From positions 1 through 59,069 of the IMG/VR virus record IMGVR_UViG_3300046532_001353: a stretch of 59,069 bases of DNA; one strand, 5' to 3'. The position numbers and the translations under genes were made by a program. Under the pieces are notes generated by a model. That model was given only the letters and a program-made list of their open reading frames with translations. It was not told the origin of the DNA and did no database searches. Positions 8,749-18,300 of this stretch are shown here, piece after piece (within the stretch, counting starts at the first letter, position 1; every line of letters begins with the position of its first letter). Source of the stretch: a virus. Taxonomy: Duplodnaviria; Caudoviricetes.

Positions 8749-10286
8749 TGTATTATTTTGGTATAGTAGAAGATATAAATGATCCTTTAAAACTTGGTAG
8801 AGTTAAAGTTCGAGTGCATGATATACATACACTTAGTTCAGGCGGCAGTAAATATAATATAGATACTGTTGATCTTGGGTGGTCAAATGTTGTATTACCA
8901 ACAACTACACCGGGAATAAATGGTAAAGGTCATTCAGTAAATTTAAACGCAAGAGTCTTATGGAAAGAAGGCGATGTGTTACCAGATGGTAAAGCTATTG
9001 GTGATGAAAGAGTAACTGGTTCATTAGTTTGTGGTATATTTTTAGACCGTACTTTACAAGAGTTTATGGTCATAGGATCTCTTCCTACTAAAAGTCATGG
9101 CCAAGAAGATAATAATTTAAGAGTTAGAGGTGAAGCTAATCCACACGTTGGAGAGCCTATTGGTGTATATCAACCAAAGAATGTATATAACCCAATATTT
9201 CCAAACAATAATGTATATGAAACAGAAAGTGGCCACGTAAAAGAATATGACGATACGGAAGGATACGAACGTATAACAGAAAGACATAGGAGTGGCACTC
9301 AATATTGTATAGATCCAAATGGTTCAAAGAATGAAACAATTGTAAGAGACAATTATAGATTAGTTGTAGGTCAAGATACACTTGAGGTTACTGGTAATGT
9401 TAAAATTATTGTAAGTGGTAATGTTGATTTGGCTGTAGCTAAAGATCTTAATGCTCATGTCGGTGGTAACATGAATACGACTGTTGACGGCAATGCAGAC
9501 TTACTTGTTAAGGGTGACATTGATGGCGAGGTAAGGGGTAATATTGATATTGACGTAGGGAGCAGCGATCCAGAACATGTTATATACAATGATGAAGGTA
9601 TTGCTGTACACCATGTAAAATTAGGTGGCTATACAAGAAATAACGCTATTGAGCAATGGTTCCCTAAAGTAAAGACAGACACATTCACCTTGACACATAA
9701 AAATATGAGGAAAGTTAAAGAGATGTCAGCTACGGCACAAGCACCATATGCAGCTGCATTAGCTACCTTCGCTGACTATGATCCTAGCAAAGTAAAATTA
9801 GTTAATGGCTCTTGGACATATCCAGACAAACCATCATACCCAGCTTCATTCGGTAATATTGAATTACATACCGAAGGTGGTTTAAATGCTATCATTGGTG
9901 GTGAAGCTGATATGACAATATTCCAAAATGCTAAATTAGATATTAGAAAAAATGCAGACATTGACATTGGTGGCAATGTTGATATGGATGTGGTAGGTAA
10001 TATTGTTATAGATGCTACAGGTGATGAGAGCATTATTGATATAAATTCCACAGGTGATTCAAGTCAAATTGATGTAAATTCGGCAGGCACTCTTAAATTA
10101 TTCTCAACTGGTACAACAGATATAGAGAGCACAGCTGACATGACATTAAAGTCAACTAATATAAAATTAGATGGTAATGTTGTTGTAACTGGTACAACTC
10201 ACACAAGTACATCACAACAGCTTGATGGACATAATCATACTATTACTGGTGGATCAAGTGCTGGAAATACTGGCAATCTTAGTTAA
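8748..10286 (+). CDS. gp5: Baseplate central spike gp5 (OB-fold plus beta-helix, no recognisable lysozyme domain)
   Basis: FGIVEDINDPLKLGRVKVR, NNVYETESGHVKEYDDT.G.ERI.ERHRSGT, VxGN beta-helix repeats, C-terminal HNH (HxH). Confidence 0.9.
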   Translation: MYYFGIVEDINDPLKLGRVKVRVHDIHTLSSGGSKYNIDTVDLGWSNVVLPTTTPGINGKGHSVNLNARVLWKEGDVLPDGKAIGDERVTGSLVCGIFLDRTLQEFMVIGSLPTKSHGQEDNNLRVRGEANPHVGEPIGVYQPKNVYNPIFPNNNVYETESGHVKEYDDTEGYERITERHRSGTQYCIDPNGSKNETIVRDNYRLVVGQDTLEVTGNVKIIVSGNVDLAVAKDLNAHVGGNMNTTVDGNADLLVKGDIDGEVRGNIDIDVGSSDPEHVIYNDEGIAVHHVKLGGYTRNNAIEQWFPKVKTDTFTLTHKNMRKVKEMSATAQAPYAAALATFADYDPSKVKLVNGSWTYPDKPSYPASFGNIELHTEGGLNAIIGGEADMTIFQNAKLDIRKNADIDIGGNVDMDVVGNIVIDATGDESIIDINSTGDSSQIDVNSAGTLKLFSTGTTDIESTADMTLKSTNIKLDGNVVVTGTTHTSTSQQLDGHNHTITGGSSAGNTGNLS

Positions 10287-10293
10287 CAACGGG

Positions 10294-10301
10294 TATAAAT
10301 A
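10294..10301 (+). promoter_or_regulatory. T4-type late promoter
   Basis: TATAAATA 6 nt upstream of the gp25 ATG. Confidence 0.75.
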
Positions 10302-10307
10302 AGCTAT

Positions 10308-10706
10308 ATGGCAACAATTGCAAGACAAGAAACATACAAAGATTTAGATTTTACTTTCAAGCAAAATCCTAATACAAATGACGTTGGAATAAAGAAGGAT
10401 AACGCTTCAGTAAAACAAAGTGTATTAAATATACTTCGTACAAATCATGGTGAGCGTCCATTTAATTATTTCTTTGGTGCAAACCTTAGAGCATATTTAT
10501 TTGAGAACATGTCACACATAACAGCAGCGAGTATGTCTACTGCTATTAATACAGCTTTAAATAATTTTGAACCAAGAATAGAAATACTCAATACAAATAT
10601 CCAAGCAAAAGCATCAGAGAATGATGTAATTATAACAGTAACCGGTCGAGTTAAATCAAGTAATCAAATAATTGATATAGCCACCACAATAGAGAGATTA
10701 CGATAA
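10308..10706 (+). CDS. gp25: Baseplate wedge subunit gp25
   Basis: YKDLDFTF..NP.TND, SVLNILRT..GERPF...FG, FEPRI, ends IERLR. Confidence 0.92.
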   Translation: MATIARQETYKDLDFTFKQNPNTNDVGIKKDNASVKQSVLNILRTNHGERPFNYFFGANLRAYLFENMSHITAASMSTAINTALNNFEPRIEILNTNIQAKASENDVIITVTGRVKSSNQIIDIATTIERLR

Positions 10707-12592
10707 TGGCAATTGAACGTAGAATTAACTCAAGTGAATTAGACTTTGATCAAATAAAAGCAAATCTAGTTGCATACATGAAGGCAACTGATACTACCTT
10801 CAATGACTACAACTATGAAGGCTCAGCAATGAGTACCATTATTGATGTATTAAGTTATATAACACATGTAAATTCAATGAATGCAAACTTTGCTTTGAAT
10901 GAAACATTCCTTGACACAGCTCAGCTACGAGCTTCTGTTGTATCACACGCCAAACTATTAGGATATACGCCAAGATCAATTTCACCTTCTGTTGCCGTTA
11001 TAAATGTTAAAATGAATTATGATGCTACAGCAACTCCTTTATATAATCATGATGGAAGTAATAACCCACTTCCTTTAAGTATGCCTAGAGGTACAAAATT
11101 TCAAACATTAATTGATGGTGTTACATATCCGATGTTTGCTTCATCTACTGCTACAATTAATTTTGATGCTACTGACGGCTGGGTATTTCCAAATGTTAAC
11201 ATTGAACAAGGCACATTAGCTGAAATAACATATACATATCAAAATAATGTGTATGAACAATATTTAATTCCTGTTACAAACGTAAATACAAAATCAATTA
11301 AAGTTACAGTTATAGATTCTAGTTCTTCAAGTTCATCAAAGGTTTATACTTTAAATACTAATGTAGTAAATCTAAATGCCACGAGTGAAGTATTCTTTTT
11401 AGAAGAAGGTAGAGATGCTTATTACGAGATTAAGTTTGGTGATAACATTGTCGGTAAGAGACCTGGAAATGGTAATAGTATTAAAATAGAATACTCTACA
11501 ATAGCTGCAGGCACAAACGTTAACGGTGCTTCAGTATTTACTATGACTGATTCATTAAATGGTAATAGCAATGAAACTATCACACTAGTAACTAAAGCTG
11601 TAGGTGGTGCTGCAAGAGAATCAAAAGAAGCAATTAAATTTAATGCTCCTCTTGCTCATGTATCTCAAAATAGGGCTGTTACACCAGATGATTATAAGGC
11701 TATTATAAAAAATGAATTTGCTGATATTGAAGCTGTTGCAGTATGGGGCGGAGAAGATCATGATGTACCAGATTATGGTAAGGTATATGTAAGTATTAAG
11801 CCACTATCAGCTGAGGTGTTAACTGATTCACAAAAAACTACCATAAAAACAAACATTCTAAAGCCAAAAAACGTTGTAAGTATCACTCCGGTTCTTGTCG
11901 ACCCAGAATACACCTACATAGACCTCGAAGTATACTTTAAATATAATCCTAACCTAGCTACAGTAACAGCAACTGGTCTTGCAACCTCAATACGGTCTAC
12001 ACTCATTGCATATAACAATGCAACTCTTAAGAGTTTTGGTGGTGTGTATAGGGATTCAAATGTTCTTAAAAAGATAGATGATACTAACATTGCTATTCTA
12101 TCTAATATTACTCGTATTAAGATGACTAAGAAGATTGTACCAGCTCTTGGTACAGCAACTAAATACTCACTTAAGTTTAACCAAGCTCTTACAGATTTAG
12201 ATGCTACTACAGCAACTACTGGTTCTTATGTGACATCGACCATATTTACCTTTGCTGGTGTTGACTGTAGACTTAAAGATTTCTATGATAGTTCAAGTGA
12301 TACACGAATTATTCAAATAGTTGATACAAATAACTTAGTACAATCAACAAATGTTGGTGATGTGAATGAAGAAGCTGGAACAGTTACTCTTACATCATTT
12401 AATCCTACAACACTTCCTACAGGTTCTACAACAATAGATGTTACGGTCAAGCCTGCATCATCTGATATATCACCTAAAAGAAATGAACTATTAACTATTA
12501 ATACCTCAACTGCTACAATTATAGGTGAGATAGATACAATGGCAACTGGCGGTACAACTGCTGGAATCGATTATACTACAGTGAGTAACTAA
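10706..12592 (+). CDS. gp6: Baseplate wedge subunit gp6
   Basis: ELDFDQIKANL, FNDYNYEGS, NETFLDTAQLRASVVSHAKLLGY.P, QNRAVT..DY, WGGED...PDYGKVY. Confidence 0.93.
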   Translation: MAIERRINSSELDFDQIKANLVAYMKATDTTFNDYNYEGSAMSTIIDVLSYITHVNSMNANFALNETFLDTAQLRASVVSHAKLLGYTPRSISPSVAVINVKMNYDATATPLYNHDGSNNPLPLSMPRGTKFQTLIDGVTYPMFASSTATINFDATDGWVFPNVNIEQGTLAEITYTYQNNVYEQYLIPVTNVNTKSIKVTVIDSSSSSSSKVYTLNTNVVNLNATSEVFFLEEGRDAYYEIKFGDNIVGKRPGNGNSIKIEYSTIAAGTNVNGASVFTMTDSLNGNSNETITLVTKAVGGAARESKEAIKFNAPLAHVSQNRAVTPDDYKAIIKNEFADIEAVAVWGGEDHDVPDYGKVYVSIKPLSAEVLTDSQKTTIKTNILKPKNVVSITPVLVDPEYTYIDLEVYFKYNPNLATVTATGLATSIRSTLIAYNNATLKSFGGVYRDSNVLKKIDDTNIAILSNITRIKMTKKIVPALGTATKYSLKFNQALTDLDATTATTGSYVTSTIFTFAGVDCRLKDFYDSSSDTRIIQIVDTNNLVQSTNVGDVNEEAGTVTLTSFNPTTLPTGSTTIDVTVKPASSDISPKRNELLTINTSTATIIGEIDTMATGGTTAGIDYTTVSN

Positions 12593-13794
12593 TGGCAACA
12601 ATTGGTAAATATAATATATCGTCATATATAGATGATTTAATACCAGATCACGTAGAGTCTTCTTATCCAACCCTTGTTGAATTTCTTAAGACATATGCAT
12701 TATATTTAGAGCGTCAAAACAAATCAGGATATTATTTAAATTCATTAGATATCCAAAGGGATATTGATCATGTAGAAACTGATCTACTTACAGAACTACA
12801 GAATGAAATTGGTGTTGCGGTACCGAGAGATTTTGCTACAGACCCAAGAATGTTCTATAAGAGACTTGTTGAGTTTTATATAAGTAGAGGTACACCAGAA
12901 TCTATTACATCATTCTTTAGAATGATTTATGACGATGATGTTGAAACATATTTTCCATTCACAGATGTATTAATTCCATCTGATGGAAATTGGACAGATC
13001 AAACAGCTGCAATTATAGCAGATAGAACTGCATTTACGCCATCAAATATATTTACAATATCTGGAACACCAACAGTAGTTAGTGGAAACAATGATGCTAA
13101 TAACCCAGCAATGTTTGATGATGACGTTGTATTTGTAAATAATACCCATCAGACTCCAGCTACAGATTATGTTGAGTCAGTCTATTCAGATACTACTACT
13201 AAATACAAATTAACATTTACTAGTGCATTAACAAATGGTGATGTAGTTACTACATATGCTAAAGGTTTATTTACCACAGCTAATGGATTCTTGTCAGATA
13301 AGAAATATGTACAAGACTCTTATTATTACCAACAGTTCTCATATGTATTAAGAACTGGTAAGAATGTATCTGATTGGAAGAATGCATTTACAAGATTAGT
13401 TCACCCTGCAGGATTTAAGTTCTTTGGTGAGATTGCAATATTTATTGCACTACTTGATCAAGGAAATGTTAAAGCGCAATATGGTTGGTTACCATTTGTT
13501 GGTAAGATACAACTTACTTTAGGTGCACATCAGATTGGCCCAATAAGTTTTAATAGTCATATATTAGAGAAATCATATACTCACTTTGCAAGAGGAAGTT
13601 CAGAATTTAAGAAAATAGGTATGAATAACCATTGGGACAACATGAAATTTAGATATTTAGGTCCAAATTCAGATTTGGCTTCATATACAATTCAAGATAG
13701 TATAAATAACACTATAGGAATACAATTCGGAGTGGGTGGTGGTGAAACTACTCCATCAAGTAACAGGAGTTCACTTTATGTACATACTCCATAA
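12592..13794 (+). CDS. gp7: Baseplate wedge initiator gp7-like (short form)
   Basis: FY.SRGT.ES...FFRMIY, PSDGNW, QDSYYYQQFSYVLR, LVHPAGFKFFGE. Confidence 0.8.
   Translation: MATIGKYNISSYIDDLIPDHVESSYPTLVEFLKTYALYLERQNKSGYYLNSLDIQRDIDHVETDLLTELQNEIGVAVPRDFATDPRMFYKRLVEFYISRGTPESITSFFRMIYDDDVETYFPFTDVLIPSDGNWTDQTAAIIADRTAFTPSNIFTISGTPTVVSGNNDANNPAMFDDDVVFVNNTHQTPATDYVESVYSDTTTKYKLTFTSALTNGDVVTTYAKGLFTTANGFLSDKKYVQDSYYYQQFSYVLRTGKNVSDWKNAFTRLVHPAGFKFFGEIAIFIALLDQGNVKAQYGWLPFVGKIQLTLGAHQIGPISFNSHILEKSYTHFARGSSEFKKIGMNNHWDNMKFRYLGPNSDLASYTIQDSINNTIGIQFGVGGGETTPSSNRSSLYVHTP
13701..13708 (+). promoter_or_regulatory. Candidate late promoter inside the 3' end of gp7, serving gp8
   Basis: TATAAATA about 110 nt upstream of the gp8 start. 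Confidence 0.55.
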
Positions 13795-13817
13795 CGTAAA
13801 ATAAAAGAGGAAATAAA

Positions 13818-15341
13818 ATGGCAGCAATAATCACAAGCAAATTTAGATTGGATTCGACGAATAAGTTCGTTGAAAGTCTTAGTGATAATCAATTCTACAT
13901 GGCACTGGGAAGGCCTAATGCTTGGACTGATGATACAGTACCAACAACCCCATATGAAAATGACTACACGTCACATACTTTATGGGAAAATATGTTTGCC
14001 ATGAAGAGAGTTGATGCTGCTGATATTGTTCATAGTTCCCCAAGAAACCTATGGGTTTCAGGTACTACATATGTAGAATATGATGATCAAGACACAAATA
14101 TAGAAAGTAAATTATACTTTGTTGTTTCAGATAATAACAATGTGTTTTTATGTTTAAGAGCAGGGTCAGGGGCAAGCACATATAACCCAGACACTGTAGG
14201 AGTTCAAACATCAGGTGTCATTGGTACTACAACTACTAATGATGGTTACATATGGAAATATATGTACACTATCCCAACAACTGATGTAACTAAATTCTTA
14301 ACATCATCATTTATTCCAACAAGAAAAATTTATGAAGTTCCTGTAGCAGGTGCTGATGCAGCATTAGTTGCTCAGTGGGCTGTTCAAGGTAATGCAATTG
14401 ACGGAGCCATATATAACCTTAAGATAACTACTGTGGGAACTGGATATACATCAGCTCCAACATTAACTATTGCAGGTAACGGAACAGGTGCTACAGCTAC
14501 ATGTACAGTATCAGGTGGAGCCATTACAAGTGTTACAATGACAGCGGTAGGTTCAGGGTATACCCACGCTACTGTTACAGTAACAGGCGGTGCAGGTTCA
14601 AATGGTGCAATAAGACCAGTTATAGGCCCAGTTGGTGGATTCGGGTTTAACCCAACCAATGACTTACGTTCACATTACATAACTATCAACACTACATTTA
14701 CGGGTGATGAGTCAGGCAGTATTCCTGATTCAAACGACTTTAGACAAATAGCAGTTGTAAAAAATCCAATTGAAAAAGCTACTGAATCAGCAACTCTTTC
14801 AGCATCAAATTCAATGGTGGTTGGCAATTTCTATAAGATTTTAACAATAGGTACATCTACTGATGCACATTTCACAACTGCAGGATCAACGAGTGGTAAT
14901 CCAGTTGTTGGAGAGATATTTAAAGCTATCGCTACAACATCATCTGGTTCAGCTACTATTGCTCAAGTTGCAGAAGCAAGTGCATATAATACATGTAAGA
15001 GTGTAACAATTCCTGCTTCATTAGCTAGTACATATGTTGCTGACTTTGCTTTCGAAGGTCATACAAGTGGTACAGTTGGTGCTAAAGGTATAGTGGTAGA
15101 ATATAATAACACAAGTGGTGTATTACATTATATACAAAACGAAACTACTGGGTTCGGTACATTTACTACTTCGCATTTGACGAGAGCAACTGGTTCAGGT
15201 GGTGCTGGTAATCAAATCTCAGCAGTAGGTGCTCCTCTTATTAATCATCATCAAGGTGATGTAATGTTTGTAGAGAATAGGACAGCAACAACAAGAGCTG
15301 CAGGACAAGTAGAAACAGTAAGATTAGTAATCGCATTTTAA
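13818..15341 (+). CDS. gp8: Baseplate wedge subunit gp8
   Basis: MAAIITSKFR, DGYIWKYMYTI, KFLTSSFIP, NDFRQIA..KNP, GDVMFVENR...R...Q.ET.RLVIAF. Confidence 0.9.
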   Translation: MAAIITSKFRLDSTNKFVESLSDNQFYMALGRPNAWTDDTVPTTPYENDYTSHTLWENMFAMKRVDAADIVHSSPRNLWVSGTTYVEYDDQDTNIESKLYFVVSDNNNVFLCLRAGSGASTYNPDTVGVQTSGVIGTTTTNDGYIWKYMYTIPTTDVTKFLTSSFIPTRKIYEVPVAGADAALVAQWAVQGNAIDGAIYNLKITTVGTGYTSAPTLTIAGNGTGATATCTVSGGAITSVTMTAVGSGYTHATVTVTGGAGSNGAIRPVIGPVGGFGFNPTNDLRSHYITINTTFTGDESGSIPDSNDFRQIAVVKNPIEKATESATLSASNSMVVGNFYKILTIGTSTDAHFTTAGSTSGNPVVGEIFKAIATTSSGSATIAQVAEASAYNTCKSVTIPASLASTYVADFAFEGHTSGTVGAKGIVVEYNNTSGVLHYIQNETTGFGTFTTSHLTRATGSGGAGNQISAVGAPLINHHQGDVMFVENRTATTRAAGQVETVRLVIAF

Positions 15342-15354
15342 ATAGGAAACAAGC

Positions 15355-18300
15355 ATGGCAATTTCATTTAACGTAGAACCATATTGGGACGACTTTGAGT
15401 CGGTTGCCGCAGGCAACACTCTTAGTCCTAAAGAACAATATCAAAGGATATTATTCAGACCTGGTAAGGCTGTACAAGCAAGAGAGTTAACTCAACTACA
15501 AACACAATTACAAAACCAAATATCTTCTGCGGGAGACCATGTATTTAAAGATGGTTCGGTAGTTGTTCCAGGTACAGTTCACTTACACAATAAAATTGAC
15601 TATGTTAAATTAGATTCTGTTCATGCCAATAATGATACAGTTGCCGAATTAGTAGGTACTGAATTTACTGATGGTACTAACATAGCTAGGGTTGTCCATG
15701 CTAGTTTAGCTGACGGTTCAGATCCAATTACTATATTCGTTAAATACATATCAGGTACAGTCTTTGCAGATAACGCAACGATCACTGCTTCAGGTAGTAA
15801 GTCAGCTGAAGTTAAAGCTTCTGCAGCAACCGGATTCGGTTCAATCGTAGCACTTGAAGATGGTATTTATTATATCAAGAAACACTTTGTTGTAGCTAAG
15901 GCTAAAACAATTGTATTATCTAAATATACACATAACGTATCATTTGATATTGGTCTATTGGTTACTGAAGCTATCGTTAGCCCAGGTGAGGATGCATCAT
16001 TAAATGATAACGCTACAGGTGCACCTAATGCTTCGGCTCCAGGTGCACATCGTTATTCTATTACAGCTACGTTAAGTAGTCAAGCAGTCAATGCTACATC
16101 AGGTAACTTTGTTCTTATCGCAAGATTAGAAGATGGTTTCATTACAAAGAATGCACGAACAGCTGATTATAATCATTTAGCTGATGAATTAGCTCGTAGA
16201 ACATTTGATGAATCAGGTAACTACTACGTTAATCCATTTAAAGCATTAGTGAAAGATCATGCATCTGATACTACTAAATTAACTCTTGGTATTGAGCCTT
16301 CAAAAGCTTATGTAAGAGGTTATGAGATACAGACATTAGGAACAACTAATGCACACTTTGATAGAGCAAGGACATCAGAGAAGGTTACAGATAAAGTTAC
16401 AGAGATAACTCATAATAACTATATTGAAGTTACATCTCTTGTCGGAACCCCAGATATTACTACATTCGGTCCATTTGATATTGAAAATTCAAGTGGTAAC
16501 TCAATTGGTACTGCGAGAGCAAGATCAATCGAACGTGTAAGCGGTAATGGTGATACAGCTGCAACTCGATACAGAATTCACATCTTTGATTTCACTGGCA
16601 CAATGGTTGGTGCAAAAACACTAGATCATGTATCATCCAGTGCACAAACTCCAGGTGACCCAGCAGGAAATGGTGGTACTGGTTCGTTTACAGCAATTAT
16701 TGCTGATCCAAATGCCGATGCTGCTATAGGCCCAGCAGCCACAGCATATAACATTGGACCAGACACCTTAATATACGCATTACCATATCCAAGAATTAAA
16801 ACATGTGATAGTGTAGTTGGTGGTGGTACTCCAGACTTTAACTATCGTTTTGAAACAAATAGAATTATTGCTGCAACAGGTATTGTTAACTCTGGTACAG
16901 CGGTATTTACAACTACGGTTGCTAATGAAGCGTTTGGTACAAAGTCTAATAACACTAATTGGATCATAATAAATGATACCGATGCTACTGTTGGTGGTGA
17001 AATAGTTACTGTTGGAAACATTGCTTTCAATGCTGGCTTAACAACAGCAACAATTACTGGATTAACAGCACAAAATGGTGACACAGTAAGATTGATTGCA
17101 CCATTTATAAGAACTGCAAACCATAAGACTAAAACACTAAGTGGAAATACTGCTGTAGCATTTAATGCTGGCACAGACTTTACTGGTACAGGTCAATCAC
17201 TTGGTAAAGCAGATGTATATGAGATAGTCTCAGTTGTTGAAAATGTAAGCAATACCAATGTTACTACACACTTTGATTTAGACAATGGCCAAAGAGATGA
17301 TTTCTATGATGTTGGTCGGGTTAAACTTAAGACTACATCAAACTATACTGCAGCTGCAGCACTTGATGTTACATTTAAATACTTCACTCATTCTACCACA
17401 GGTGATTTCTTTACAGTTGATTCATACACTGGTGTGATTGATTATGATAAGATACCTAAGGTTGGTAATATAGAATTAAGAAGTGCAGTTGATTTTAGAC
17501 CAAGAATAGATGATTCTGGTGGTAACTTTACTGGATCAGGTGCTCTTGTAGCAGTTGCTCCAACAAGATTTAGTCAATTCGAAACTGATATTCAATACTA
17601 CTTAGGAAGAATAGATAAAGTTTATTTAGATTCTAAAGGTAACTTTGGATTTGCTACAGGTGTCCCGGCAGTTTATCCAGAGCCGGCAGAAATTCCAACT
17701 GATTCAATGCATTTATATACAATGACTATTCCGGCATATACATTAACAGCCGATGAGGTAACCCTTGACTTTATTGATAATAGACGCTATACAATGCGTG
17801 ATATCGGTAAGATCGATAAGAGAGTAAGCCAAATAGAATACTATTCAGTGCTATCATTCTTAGAAGCTGAAGCACAGAACAAACAAATTTTAGATAGTAA
17901 TAATGATCCAAGATGGAAGTCTGGTTTCTTAGTAGATGCATTCTCAAATACAAGAATGTCTAATTCTTCATCTCCTGAATATAGAGCTTCAGTTGATTTA
18001 AAGAATCGTATATTACGCCCTGGCTTTGGCCAAGGTAATGCTGCATTAGCGTATCATGCATCATCTACTACGACAAAAACAGGTGACTTAGTTACATTGC
18101 CATATACTACAAATACTACGGCAAGTAATATGATATCACAGACACAATATTCAGGACAAATTAATGTTAACCCTTATGATGTCTTTAATTGGACTGGAGC
18201 CATGGCGTTAACTCCTGGCACAGACGAATGGAGAGATGTAGACCGTAGGCCTGAAGTAGTCATTAACAATGATGGTGAATTTGATGCTATGAAAGCTGCT

